DNA of 64,000 nt from Thermoplasmatota archaeon (GCA_023381415.1 JAMCUN010000009.1:26616-90615), one strand, 5' to 3'. Positions 39,083 to 49,321 are shown, counted from the first letter of the stretch. Made by a program: numbers and translations. The notes: generated by a model not told the origin, from the sequence alone.

Positions 39083-40185
39083 TAGAGCTATCAGAGGTAG
39101 AGAAGATTTACCCCCTCGTGGTAGAGTACAGAAGGCACATCCACGAGAACCCTGAACTCGGGATGGAGACTGTGGAGACCAAGAACTACGTCAAAAAACT
39201 GGCTGCTGATCTTGGATTCTCAGTCAAGGAGGTCGGTAACGGGCTGATCGTCGATTCCGGCAGGTCGCCCAGGATAGCCCTGAGGGCCGACATGGATTCC
39301 CTTCCGATTGTGGAAGAGACAGGTCTTCCCTTCTCCTCCAGGACAAGGGGAAGGATGCACGCTTGCGGACATGACCTTCACACTTCCGTACTCATGGGCG
39401 TTATGGTGTATTGCAAGAGGATGAGCATGAAGCCCGTGAGGTTCATATTCCAGCCAGGGGAGGAGATTGGGGAGGGGGCTGCCATGATGATCGAGGGCGG
39501 CGCGCTTGAAGGGATATCAAACGTATTCGGCCTCCACGTCTGGCCTTCTCTCGGTGTGGGAGAGTATTCTATATGCAAGGGGAAGGCAATGGCTGCTGTT
39601 GATTCCTTCGAGATAAAAGTCAGGGGGGCCGGAGGGCACGGCGCCTACCCTCATCTTGCCTACGATACTGTGCTGGAGGCATCGAGGATCATCCAGTACC
39701 TGCTCACCGTTCCAGCGAGGAAGGTGGACCCACTGAACTCCGCAGTACTCAGCGTCGGGTACGTCAGAGGGGGGACGGCGAAGAACATAATACCTGCGGA
39801 GGTGGAGATAGGTGGAACGGTAAGGACGTACACCAGGGAGGATTCGGAGATAATGGAGAGAGAAGTGATGAAGCTCAGGGGAGAGCACGTGGAAGCATCT
39901 TACACGAGGGAACTGCCTCCACTGGTGAACGATGAGAAATTTGCTAAGTCAGTGGATGCTGTTGCCTCTAAATACCTGAAGCAGGTGAGCGCAAATCCTA
40001 CGATGGGTGGGGAGGACTTCGCGTTCTACTGTTCCAGGATCCCCTGCGCATTCGCATTCCTTGGAACAGGGAAGATTAAGGGAAAGGAGGTGTCGAAGCA
40101 TTCAAGCATATTCGACATCAATGAGGAGGCCCTGAAGTACGGAATGCTTCTTCATCTTTCCGCACTGGAATCTGCGAACCTTTGA
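39079..40185 (+). CDS. M20D amidohydrolase/carboxypeptidase
   Basis: RR.IH..PELG, LRADMD.LP, MHACGHD.H, FQPGEE, GGHGA.PH, GGEDF. Confidence 0.93.
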   Translation: MIELSEVEKIYPLVVEYRRHIHENPELGMETVETKNYVKKLAADLGFSVKEVGNGLIVDSGRSPRIALRADMDSLPIVEETGLPFSSRTRGRMHACGHDLHTSVLMGVMVYCKRMSMKPVRFIFQPGEEIGEGAAMMIEGGALEGISNVFGLHVWPSLGVGEYSICKGKAMAAVDSFEIKVRGAGGHGAYPHLAYDTVLEASRIIQYLLTVPARKVDPLNSAVLSVGYVRGGTAKNIIPAEVEIGGTVRTYTREDSEIMEREVMKLRGEHVEASYTRELPPLVNDEKFAKSVDAVASKYLKQVSANPTMGGEDFAFYCSRIPCAFAFLGTGKIKGKEVSKHSSIFDINEEALKYGMLLHLSALESANL

Positions 40186-40313
40186 TGGCAGTCCGCATTC
40201 CAATTTCTCCCACTTTCAAGGCAGGGCATTCGGAAATTTGAAATGAGAATGACATGTGATGGAAATCCGGGAAATGCAAACAAGATTTATTATTGATGCT
40301 GTTATTAAGATGA

Positions 40314-40685
40314 GTGGTCGATCCCGCATCAAACTATTTTTCTTGTAGTGATAAAGAGAGGGCGATTTTCGAGGCAGGAGTCAAGCTTGGTTCAATTTAT
40401 CACCAGTACACCGGCATACCGATAAACAATAGCAATGTGGATTTCCTTGAAAGGGCGATAGAGAAGGCGGTATCCGCTCAACCGTTCGTCACCATGGTAA
40501 AGGTGAGCGTTGACAGGAGGAAGGTTGGGAAATCCAAGCCAGCCTACAGGTACAAGACCCTTCTCGGGGACATGATGGACGTTAAGCTGCACATCAAGTA
40601 CGGGAAGGCAGTGGTGGAGGGAAGGATGGCCTGGGTGTCGTCGATGAAATACCCCCTGATGAGATTCAAGGTGCTTAAGGAATGA
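40314..40685 (+). CDS. mptD: archaeal dihydroneopterin aldolase
   Basis: ERAIFEAG.KLG.IYHQY.G.P, LE.AIE.A...QP, Y..L, YPLM. Confidence 0.9.
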   Translation: MVDPASNYFSCSDKERAIFEAGVKLGSIYHQYTGIPINNSNVDFLERAIEKAVSAQPFVTMVKVSVDRRKVGKSKPAYRYKTLLGDMMDVKLHIKYGKAVVEGRMAWVSSMKYPLMRFKVLKE

Positions 40686-41221
40686 AGGTCAAGATATCCC
40701 TGGCAGGGTTGCCCGGAGTTGGCAAGACGAACACGCTGCTGAAGACGATAGACATACTTGAGAAGGAGGGGAACGTCGTTGGAGGGATACTGACGGAGAA
40801 GGTGATGGACGGGAAGGAGGCTGTAGGGCTGAAGGTGCTGGACTGGCACAGCAAGGCGTCCATAATATTCGCACACAAGAGCATAAACTCCAGGATAAGG
40901 ATAGGGAAGTTCGGCGTGGACCTGAAGGCGTTCGACCAGGTGGCGATACCGGCAATAGAATGGTCCAAGGAGAATGCTGATGTCATAGTCATAGACGAGG
41001 TCGGCAAGATAGAGCAGGAGAGCAAGGCTTATACAGAGAAGGTTAAGGAGGTCCTAGAGCTGGACAAGATGATGATAGTCACTCTCCACAAGAAGGGGCG
41101 CAACCCTCTGCTCCAGGAAGTGAAGAAGAGGGATGATGTAAGGAGCCTAGAGGTGACGCAGATAAACAGGACTCTCCTTCCATACAAAATAGCCCAGCTC
41201 CTCAAGGGAGAGGAAGCTTGA
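40682..41221 (+). CDS. THEP1-type nucleoside triphosphatase
   Basis: G.PGVGKT, GG..T, IGKFGVD, VIDEVGK.E. Confidence 0.9.
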   Translation: MKVKISLAGLPGVGKTNTLLKTIDILEKEGNVVGGILTEKVMDGKEAVGLKVLDWHSKASIIFAHKSINSRIRIGKFGVDLKAFDQVAIPAIEWSKENADVIVIDEVGKIEQESKAYTEKVKEVLELDKMMIVTLHKKGRNPLLQEVKKRDDVRSLEVTQINRTLLPYKIAQLLKGEEA

Positions 41222-42216
41222 TTGTCCGTGAAGGATCGGTGGAAATAGAGACTATATCGACCTTCGAGAAGGGTCCCGGAAGCATATCCCCCGGTTTTTA
41301 CAACAGGACGATGGAAGTATCCAGGGATATGACGGTTGCGCTCCTTGGCACACAGAAACCCGGCATAGCGCTTGATTCCATGGCAGGGACGGGAATAAGA
41401 GGGTTGAGGATAGCAAAGGAGACGAAGTGGGAAGTGGTGCTCAACGACAGGGATTCCAGGAACACTGAGATAGAGAAGAGGAACGCAAGGATGAACTCCC
41501 TCGAGCCTGAGATAATGAGGGGGGATTACTTCTGCGCCGTCTCGTCCAGGAAATGGGATTATATAGACGTGGATCCGTTCGGCTCCCCTGCCGGGCTGGT
41601 GGAGGCTGCGGTGACGAACTTGAAGAACGGCGGAATACTTGGCATTACGATGACTGACACCGCCAACCTGGAGGGGAAGTCAATCACCAAGGGGGAGAGG
41701 ATTTACGGATCGAGGTCGGTGAGGGGAAGATATTCAAGGGAGATTTCAACGAGGATATTCCTGAAATATGTCATAGAGCGGGGGGCCTCCCTTGGAAGGG
41801 CAGGAAGGCCACTTCTTGCAGTGAGGGAGGGGCATTTCATCAGGCTGTTCGTGAAATTCAAGAAGGGGAACAGGGTTGCTGATGATGCCCTCAAGAATAT
41901 CAGGGTAGCGGAGGTTGAGGGAGAGGAGGTAGGACCTCTCTATATGGGAGAGCTTTACGACCGCTCCGTTCTAAATGGCATGAAAGATTTCCCCTTCTCC
42001 CGCACATCCAGGGACATCTTTTCTAACTTCTGGAGCGAGGACCTGATGTTCCTCTTCTACGGGAATTCAAACGGGGAGAAGGAGATAAGGAAACTGAGGA
42101 TAATAGAAGGGCTGAAGGATAGGGGTTACGATGCCGGAGGGACAAATTTCAATGAGAAGGGTATCAAATCGAACGTTGATGCTGAGGAATATAGAAAAAT
42201 ATTGAACTCTCTATAA
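41218..42216 (+). CDS. trm1: tRNA (G26) N2,N2-dimethyltransferase, short form
   Basis: FYN..M..SRD, D.M.GTGIRGLR, ND, DVDPFGSP, T.TD..L.G, GPLY.G. Confidence 0.9.
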   Translation: MIVREGSVEIETISTFEKGPGSISPGFYNRTMEVSRDMTVALLGTQKPGIALDSMAGTGIRGLRIAKETKWEVVLNDRDSRNTEIEKRNARMNSLEPEIMRGDYFCAVSSRKWDYIDVDPFGSPAGLVEAAVTNLKNGGILGITMTDTANLEGKSITKGERIYGSRSVRGRYSREISTRIFLKYVIERGASLGRAGRPLLAVREGHFIRLFVKFKKGNRVADDALKNIRVAEVEGEEVGPLYMGELYDRSVLNGMKDFPFSRTSRDIFSNFWSEDLMFLFYGNSNGEKEIRKLRIIEGLKDRGYDAGGTNFNEKGIKSNVDAEEYRKILNSL

Positions 42217-42268
42217 AAACTCAATATTTGAACAGATTTATTTAGTCGAAGACCCTTCCGTTGTAGGC

Positions 42269-43087
42269 ATGAAGGGATATCTCGCATTGATGAGACCTAT
42301 CAATGCCGTCATGGCATCCTTCGGGACGGTGATAGGGGGAGTGATTGCAGTCGAGAATATTCGCGGACTGCTATATCCAAAACTATACCTCGCCATGGCA
42401 GTTGTTTTCCTTGTGCTCCTTGGCGGGAACATACTTAACGACTACTTCGATGCAGATACAGACAAGATAAACCATCCCGCGAGGCCAATACCTTCAGGCC
42501 AGGTCTCAAGGAAATCAGCCAAGTACCTGGCTGTGGTACTCTTCGCTCTCGGTCTCCTCATTTCCATATTCACTCTAAACCCCCTGCAGTTCCTGATCGC
42601 AGTCCTAGCAGTATTCCTTCTTGTTACATACGAGTGGAAGACTAAGGCCTGGGGACTGGTGGGGAACATCATAATATCATCCCTTGTAGGCCTGATATTC
42701 GTCTATGGGAGCATGTCGATAAAGCTGACCTACGTGGTTATAGTGCTTTCCCTCATGGCATTCCTGGCCAACCTTGCGAGGGAGATAGTTAAGGACGTTG
42801 AGGATGTGTCAGGTGACGTGAACAGGACCACCCTTCCGAAGAAGATAGGGAAGGGGTTGAGCCTTGTGGCTGCTGCAATTCTGATAATAATAGCGGTCAC
42901 GCTTACGCCTATACCCTATGTGTTCTTTAACTGGAGCAGGTTCTACGCGGTGACTGTTGCGCTGTCGGACGTAGTGTTCATAGTATCCGTATTCTACTTC
43001 TTCAACGACCAGACAAAGGGGCAGAACCTGATAAAGATAGGCATGATCCTTGGGCTGGTCGCATTCCTGGTTGGTAGCGCTATATGA
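42269..43087 (+). CDS. digeranylgeranylglyceryl phosphate synthase (UbiA family)
   Basis: L.RP.N, NDYFD..DKINHP.RPIPSG, REIVKDVED..GD. Confidence 0.88.
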   Translation: MKGYLALMRPINAVMASFGTVIGGVIAVENIRGLLYPKLYLAMAVVFLVLLGGNILNDYFDADTDKINHPARPIPSGQVSRKSAKYLAVVLFALGLLISIFTLNPLQFLIAVLAVFLLVTYEWKTKAWGLVGNIIISSLVGLIFVYGSMSIKLTYVVIVLSLMAFLANLAREIVKDVEDVSGDVNRTTLPKKIGKGLSLVAAAILIIIAVTLTPIPYVFFNWSRFYAVTVALSDVVFIVSVFYFFNDQTKGQNLIKIGMILGLVAFLVGSAI

Positions 43088-43800
43088 TACTCGAGAACAT
43101 CAAATATGGACGGATCAGGCATCTGACGCTTCTTGACCCAGAAAAGAACGGGCCTGAGAATACTGGCAGTGTGATAGACTTCATAAACAGGGCAGGGAGC
43201 GACGCAATACTTGTTGGTGGATCAACTGGCACCGGAAAGAAATCTGTGGACGAACTTGTTGTAGCGATAAAGAAACTCACCAGGAAACCTGTTATACTCT
43301 TCCCCTCGAGCCCTGATGCATTTTCCCCCAGGGCCGACGGAATATTCTACCTGAGCCTCCTTAATTCAATGGACCTGAAATACGTGATGGGGTACCAGGT
43401 GCAATCCGCTAGACTTCTGAAAGGCACAAGGATGGAAGTGATTTCAGTTGCCTATCTCGTCTTCGAGCCTGGCATGACTGTGGGAAAGGTCGGGGGGGCG
43501 AAACTGATAGGGAGGGATGATGTGTCATCTGCACTGGACTACGCCACGGCTGCCGAGCTGATCGGCTTCCACGCGATCTACCTCGAGGCAGGGTCGGGTG
43601 CACCAATGAGCATTGACCCGAAGGTGGTAAAGGCAGTCTGCGAAGATATGACCATTCCGGTGATAGTTGGTGGCGGCATAAGGGATCCAATCACTGCAAG
43701 GAAGATGATCGATTCTGGGGCGGCTGCGGTCGTCACGGGCACGGTTGCTGAAAAGGACCCGGAGATGCTGGGAAAGATAGTCAGGGCTATAAAGGACTAG
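43084..43800 (+). CDS. geranylgeranylglyceryl phosphate synthase
   Basis: H.TL.DP.K, DAI.VGGS, SLLNS, YLEAGSG, VGGGI, VTG. Confidence 0.93.
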   Translation: MILENIKYGRIRHLTLLDPEKNGPENTGSVIDFINRAGSDAILVGGSTGTGKKSVDELVVAIKKLTRKPVILFPSSPDAFSPRADGIFYLSLLNSMDLKYVMGYQVQSARLLKGTRMEVISVAYLVFEPGMTVGKVGGAKLIGRDDVSSALDYATAAELIGFHAIYLEAGSGAPMSIDPKVVKAVCEDMTIPVIVGGGIRDPITARKMIDSGAAAVVTGTVAEKDPEMLGKIVRAIKD

Positions 43801-44414
43801 ACCTCGGACTCTATCTTCTGGAGGTTAAGTTTTGCCTTGTTGTTTGAAGGGTCAAGTGAAAGCGCCTTCTCGAAATCGGCGACTGCCGTTGCATTGTCCC
43901 CCTTTCCCATGTATGCGAGACCCCTGTTGACGTAGTAGTCGGCATTCTGCGGGTTGAGCTTTATAGACTGGTCGTAGTTCTTGATTGCGTTGTCGTATTC
44001 TTTGAGATAGAAGAATGCGTTGCCAAGATTCACGAATCCGTCCAGATAAAGTTCGTCTATTTCCACGCTCTTCTGGAGGTTCTCGACCGCCTTCCTGTAG
44101 TCCCCCCTCTCCAGGTAAACGCTTCCTACGTTGAAATATAGGTCCTGGTCACCCCTTCCTTCCTTGATGAGCTGATCGAATATCTCCAGTGCCTTGTCGT
44201 ACTTACCTGAGTGGAAATATGTGACTGCAAGGTTGAATCTTGTTTCATAATCCTCCGGCTCCAGTTCAAGAGCCTTCTGGAAGTTGTCTATCGCCTCCTT
44301 GTACTTCTTCAGCGACAGGTACCTAGATCCCCTTTCGAAATAGATCTCGGCGCTTACTGCCCTCTCCTGATCCTTGCTCTCTTCCTTGTTTTCCTTCGTT
44401 ACTCTAAAGTCCAT
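43797..44414 (-). CDS. tetratricopeptide repeat protein
   Basis: About five 34-aa TPR units (Y.N.G..Y...G.Y..A...F.KA..L.P). Confidence 0.9.
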   Translation of the reverse strand: MDFRVTKENKEESKDQERAVSAEIYFERGSRYLSLKKYKEAIDNFQKALELEPEDYETRFNLAVTYFHSGKYDKALEIFDQLIKEGRGDQDLYFNVGSVYLERGDYRKAVENLQKSVEIDELYLDGFVNLGNAFFYLKEYDNAIKNYDQSIKLNPQNADYYVNRGLAYMGKGDNATAVADFEKALSLDPSNNKAKLNLQKIESEV

Positions 44415-44459
44415 TGGTCAGTTGAAATAAAGAAGGAAATAAAATGTTTGTCAAGAAAA

Positions 44460-45794
44460 TTAGGACATTTCCTTCAGTACTTGCCTCACAGTTTGTGAGA
44501 ATTCCTCTATGTCATCTTCGTTGACAATCAGGGGCGGCCTCAACCTTATGGTCCTCTCAGAAGCCTTCAGCACTACAACCCCCTTGGAATACATCCTGTC
44601 GAAGAACTCGTCCCTCTTCTTCTCATTCTTGAAGTCTATTGCGTCCAGGACACCCTTCCCCCTTGGGTTGAGCACCACCCCTGGGTACTTTTCGTTCATC
44701 TCGTTCAGGAATTCCACTATTATCTTTCCCATCCTTTCCGCATTCCTGACGAGGTCGTACTTCTTCATGATCTCAAGAATCTTAGTTGATCTTACCATGT
44801 CTGCCAGATTCCCTCCCCACGTGGAGTTTATCCTGCTTGAAACTTTGAAAACATTGTCCTCGACCTCATCCACTTTCTTACCTGCTATTATGCCGCATAC
44901 CTGTGCCTTCTTCCCGAATGCGAGTATGTCTGGCTCGATGCCGTAGTGCTGGTGTGCCCACCACCTTCCCGTTACACCCATCCCCGTCTGCACTTCATCC
45001 ACTATGAACAGTGAGTCGTTTTCGTGGACTACATCCATTGCCCTCTCGAAGTATTCCTTCCTGAACTGGTTGTCCCCTCCCTCGCACTGTATAGGCTCCA
45101 TTATGAAGGCTGCAATGTCGTCCTTGTTCTTCCTGAACGCCTCCTCCATTTCGGCTATGCTCTTGTCCTCAAGCTTCTCCACATCTGAAACAGATTTCTC
45201 CGTGAGCGGGAAATTTATCTTAGGGTTCGTTATCCTCGGCCAGTCGAACTTGGGGAAGTACATAGTTTTCCTCGGGTCGAATGTGTTCGTCATTGAAAGT
45301 GTGTATCCGCTTCTCCCGTGGAAAGCCTCCTTGAGGTGAATAATCTTGGTCCCTTTCTCCCCCTTCACACCTTCCTTCACGTTCTTCCTTACCTTCCAGT
45401 CGAATGCTGTCTTGAGCGCGTTCTCCACTGCCAGTGCCCCACCATCTATGAAGAAGTAATGCTCCATGTATTCAGGGCCGGCGATCTTTGCGAAATGATC
45501 AACGAACCTTGCCATCTCCGGGGTGTAGATATCCGAATTCGTGACCTTTGTTATTGCGGCCCACTTGAGGTCCTCCAGGAAGTCCTTTTCAAACATGTCT
45601 GGATGATTCATTCCCACCGCATTTGATGCGAAAAAACCGAAGAAGTCCAGGAAGCTCTTCCCAGTCTCCATGTCGTAGAGCCTCATACCCTTGCTCTTCT
45701 GCAGGTTCAATATGAGGGGAAGGCCATCTGCAAGCATGTGAGTGGAAATGATCTTTTTGATCCCATCGGCGTCCAAAAAATCCTCTGTAATCAT
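44460..45794 (-). CDS. lat: L-lysine 6-aminotransferase (class III)
   Basis: HMLADG, DFFGFFAS, NSDIY, GALAVENALK.AFDWK, FHGRSGYTLS, EPIQCEGGD, FGKK.Q, RINSTWGG. Confidence 0.92.
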   Translation of the reverse strand: MITEDFLDADGIKKIISTHMLADGLPLILNLQKSKGMRLYDMETGKSFLDFFGFFASNAVGMNHPDMFEKDFLEDLKWAAITKVTNSDIYTPEMARFVDHFAKIAGPEYMEHYFFIDGGALAVENALKTAFDWKVRKNVKEGVKGEKGTKIIHLKEAFHGRSGYTLSMTNTFDPRKTMYFPKFDWPRITNPKINFPLTEKSVSDVEKLEDKSIAEMEEAFRKNKDDIAAFIMEPIQCEGGDNQFRKEYFERAMDVVHENDSLFIVDEVQTGMGVTGRWWAHQHYGIEPDILAFGKKAQVCGIIAGKKVDEVEDNVFKVSSRINSTWGGNLADMVRSTKILEIMKKYDLVRNAERMGKIIVEFLNEMNEKYPGVVLNPRGKGVLDAIDFKNEKKRDEFFDRMYSKGVVVLKASERTIRLRPPLIVNEDDIEEFSQTVRQVLKEMS

Positions 45795-45866
45795 AGAACT
45801 AAATTTAAAGAAAAGATATATATTTTTCTAAGTTTTAAAATTATCCTAACATAAAAATAAAACAAA

Positions 45867-46514
45867 CTATTTTTTAATCGCACTACATTCCTTGATCTCT
45901 ATTCCTTCACCGAACGTTTCTGATATATTCCTGACCATCATTTCAAGGAAGCCCTCTTCGTCGACACTGTGCCCAATCTCCTTTGCAAGGGATGTCATCA
46001 CTCCAGGGTCCATGTCACAGGGGTTTATTTTGAAGAATTTCGAAAGGTCGGTGTTCAGGTTCACTGCTATTCCGTGGAATGTGGAAAAGCCTCTCACCGC
46101 GAAGCCTATTGAGCATATTTTTCTATCGCCGACCCACACCCCTGTCTCCTTGAAGAGCCTTCCTTCTCCTTTCACTCCATAGTAACCAAGCGTCAGAATC
46201 AATGATTCCTGCACCCTTTCTATCATATCCCTTACGTTCATCTTCCTTTCCTTGAGGTTGAAAATGAAATAAAGGACCAGCTGCCCCTTTCCGTGGTACG
46301 TCAGGTTTCCCCCCCTTTCCACCCTTATGATGGGCACCGAATAATCTCCTCCATTCTCCTCCCTGAAATGGATCCCTCCTGTATAGGTATCATCATGCTC
46401 AGTTGCAATGATTGTGTCCCCTATCCTGCCCTCGTTCCTTTCCTCGTTCAGTCTTCTCTGCAGTTGCAGGCAGTCGTCGTATTCCATCGGGATGCAACGG
46501 TAGAGGTTGATCAT
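45867..46514 (-). CDS. lipB: lipoyl(octanoyl) transferase
   Basis: EH...YT.G, ERGG..TYHG.GQL..Y, GVWV..RKI.SIG, HG.A.N, INPC. Confidence 0.9.
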   Translation of the reverse strand: MINLYRCIPMEYDDCLQLQRRLNEERNEGRIGDTIIATEHDDTYTGGIHFREENGGDYSVPIIRVERGGNLTYHGKGQLVLYFIFNLKERKMNVRDMIERVQESLILTLGYYGVKGEGRLFKETGVWVGDRKICSIGFAVRGFSTFHGIAVNLNTDLSKFFKINPCDMDPGVMTSLAKEIGHSVDEEGFLEMMVRNISETFGEGIEIKECSAIKK

Positions 46515-46842
46515 TGTCTATGGTAATAACTCAAGGGATAAATTCTATTTGAACCGTATTTGACGTAGCTGGGATGGACCGCTGAACCCTGGATAGCTTT
46601 GCGGCTGAATATAGGACAAATCGTGAGCAGGTGGATCTCTACCAGCTTTTATCACTTCATAGGTGTCATTCCCTGATAACACCCCTTCGGTAATGAATGA
46701 AGAAACATCGCATTGGAATCCTTGAACTACCTTTCCCTACCCGTGATTGAAGAGCCAAGTGTTGGGCACGCCTGTTCCAGTGGCACCCATCGGCACATTT
46801 TGATGTAGCTTAGAGGAAGTCACTGAAAAGAAGGAGAGGAGG

Positions 46843-47535
46843 TCACTCCTTCTTCTTGACGAATTTCTTTGCTTCCTGGACTTCGTTTGCTGGGACCTCC
46901 TTGTAGGTGAGCCACCAGGCAAATCCTTTTGACTGCTCCATTCTCGTCTTAGAATCTGCGACATTTCTAGGAGGAGGATTTATTGCATTCTCTCCTATAA
47001 GCTCGTTTTCAGGCCAGTTTGCCGGCAGCGCTACCTTGTACTTGTCGTTCATCTGGAGCGCCTTGATTGCCCTCAGCAGTTCATCTACGTTCCTGCCTAT
47101 TTCAAGTGGGTAGTACATTATGAGCCTCACCACGGAGTTGGGGTCAACGATGAATACCGCTCGAACAGTGGATGAGGAGGACTCTGGATGAATCATGCCA
47201 AGGCGTGTAGCCACCCTTCCCATCGAATCCCCAATCACTGGAAAAGGTACTTTCACCCCCAGGTGCTCCTCGATCCAGTTAACCCACTCAATGTGGCTTA
47301 TTGTGCTGTCGACAGACAGTCCTATGAGCTCAGTATTCAGCTTCTGGAAATCAGCGTATCTCCTTGAGAAGGAAAAGAATTCTGTTGTGCAGACAGGAGT
47401 GAAATCTCCTGGATGGCTGAACAGCATGAACCATTTCCCCTTGTAAGCATCAGGCACCTTAAGCATACCGTGTGTGGTCTCAACCTGCAATTCCGGGAAT
47501 CGCTCCCCTATCAATGGAAACCTATTCTCTTCCAT
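46843..47535 (-). CDS. peroxiredoxin (Prx6-type)
   Basis: [36 protein letters not shown]. Confidence 0.95.
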   Translation of the reverse strand: MEENRFPLIGERFPELQVETTHGMLKVPDAYKGKWFMLFSHPGDFTPVCTTEFFSFSRRYADFQKLNTELIGLSVDSTISHIEWVNWIEEHLGVKVPFPVIGDSMGRVATRLGMIHPESSSSTVRAVFIVDPNSVVRLIMYYPLEIGRNVDELLRAIKALQMNDKYKVALPANWPENELIGENAINPPPRNVADSKTRMEQSKGFAWWLTYKEVPANEVQEAKKFVKKKE

Positions 47536-47573
47536 TTTCTTTCACCTTCTTCAAAACAGTAATAAATATTAGT

Positions 47574-47585
47574 TAATAATTATTA
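47574..47585. promoter_or_regulatory. palindrome TAATAATTATTA, putative Fur/PerR-type operator
   Basis: Perfect 12-bp palindrome in the divergent prx/fur intergenic region. Confidence 0.5.
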
Positions 47586-47723
47586 CTATTTAGTATCTTG
47601 TTAATTGAACTTAAAATATATTTTTATGGGAATGAACGCACAATCACCAACTATGCAGTCAAGCCGGTGTATTCTGGGTGATTACAGAAAATTGAATAAC
47701 TATCACTGAATAGTCGCTGCGAC

Positions 47724-48119
47724 ATGGAACTTGATGCTACTAAGCTGCTTCGTGACAAGGGGCTGAAGGTAACCCCCCAAAGGATTTCCATACTCAGGAT
47801 ATTGAGCAGGGGCGGTCATTTTACAGGAGAGCAGGTTTACTCCCTGATAAGGAAGAAGGAACCGAGCATTAGCATCTCAACAGTATACAACACCCTGGAT
47901 ACATTGGACCGCAGTGAGATTCTGAATTCGTTCGAGGTGAACGGGATGAAGTGGTACGAATCAAAACTGGATTCACACGTGAACGTCTATTGCACGGACA
48001 GCAATGAGGTGATGGACATCGACCTGGACCTCGCCCCTTTGAAGAAAGAGCTGATGCGGAAGGGGTTGGATGCCACAAAGATAAGCGTCATAGCCTACTC
48101 TGAATGCAGGAAAAAGTGA
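47724..48119 (+). CDS. Fur/PerR family regulator
   Basis: GLKVTPQR..IL, H.T.E.VY, IS.STVYNTL..L, H....C. Confidence 0.9.
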   Translation: MELDATKLLRDKGLKVTPQRISILRILSRGGHFTGEQVYSLIRKKEPSISISTVYNTLDTLDRSEILNSFEVNGMKWYESKLDSHVNVYCTDSNEVMDIDLDLAPLKKELMRKGLDATKISVIAYSECRKK

Positions 48120-48136
48120 GTGTTGTGGATATCAGT

Positions 48137-49321
48137 TCAGTGCTTCTTGACAGCTTCCGCTATTTTTTCAAGCGCACTCCTCAATATTGACCTGGGACAG
48201 GCCAGGTTTATCCTTTCAAAGCCTTCTCCGCCGTCCCTGAAAATATAACCTTCGTCCAGCGCCACCTTCGCATCCCTCAGCATCATTCTTTCCAGCTTCT
48301 TCACATCCTGTTCCACTCTCCTGAAGTCAAGCCAGCATAGGTATGTCCCTTCAGGCTCAATCACCCTGACCTCTGGTACGTTCTCTTTGACGAACTGCTT
48401 CAGGAAATCAAGATTCCCCTTGAGGTATGCACGGAACTCTTCCAGCCAGTCTTCGCACTCGTTGTATGCGACCATTACTGCATCTGGAGCAAATGAGTTG
48501 GGGTGTACGTTGCTGCAGGACTCAACCTCATTTGAGAATATGCTCCTCTTCTTCTCGTCAGGTATTATTATGTTTGATATCTGGAGTCCTGCGAGATTGA
48601 ACGTCTTTGACGCAGAAGTACAGGTTATGGAAGTGGATGCAAATTCTTCTGATATGGATGCGAAGTTCGTGTGGACTATGCCGGGGTAAGTTATGTCGGA
48701 ATGAATCTCGTCCGAGATCACAAGAAGACCGTTGTCTGCGCATATCCTCCCAAGCCTCTTCAATTCGTCTTTCTTCCACACCCTTCCCACTGGATTGTGC
48801 GGTGAACATAGTATCATAATCCTCGCCCTGCTGTCCCTGGCCTTCTCCTCAAGATCGTCGAAATCCATCTCATAGCGGTCACCGTTCAGCTTCAGCCTGT
48901 TGTTTAGAACCTGCCTTCCGTTTGATTCTATTGACTTGAAGAATGGGTAATACACCGGGGTCTGCACTATGATCCTGTCCCCTGGGTTAGAGAATGCCCT
49001 GATTGCAAGACTGACGGCAGGGACCACTCCAGGAGTGTAGACTATCCATTCCTTCCTTATCTCCCAACCGTACCTCCTCCTGTACCAGCCTATCACTGAG
49101 TCGTAGTATTCGTTCGTAAGGCCGGTATAGCCGTATATGCCGTGCTTAGCCCTGGATACAAGCGCATCTATCACAGGTTGGGGGGACCGGAAGTCCATGT
49201 CAGCCACCCAGAGGGGCAGAAGGTCGTCATAACCGAAGTTCTTCTCCAGGAAATCCCACTTCTCGCATGATGTGTTTCTGCGATTCACTACGTCATCAAA
49301 ATTGTATTTTGTACCAGACAT
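48137..49321 (-). CDS. MalY/PatB cystathionine beta-lyase-like PLP enzyme
   Basis: NFD..V.R..T...KW, PLWVADMDF, CSPHNP.G, DEIH, SASKTFN.AG, EGTYL.W, RINLA.P. Confidence 0.92.
   Translation of the reverse strand: MSGTKYNFDDVVNRRNTSCEKWDFLEKNFGYDDLLPLWVADMDFRSPQPVIDALVSRAKHGIYGYTGLTNEYYDSVIGWYRRRYGWEIRKEWIVYTPGVVPAVSLAIRAFSNPGDRIIVQTPVYYPFFKSIESNGRQVLNNRLKLNGDRYEMDFDDLEEKARDSRARIMILCSPHNPVGRVWKKDELKRLGRICADNGLLVISDEIHSDITYPGIVHTNFASISEEFASTSITCTSASKTFNLAGLQISNIIIPDEKKRSIFSNEVESCSNVHPNSFAPDAVMVAYNECEDWLEEFRAYLKGNLDFLKQFVKENVPEVRVIEPEGTYLCWLDFRRVEQDVKKLERMMLRDAKVALDEGYIFRDGGEGFERINLACPRSILRSALEKIAEAVKKH

Noticed and set aside
46520..46840. Minus-strand frame with an internal TAG between prx and lipB
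   Set aside because: No recognisable protein pattern or translation signals
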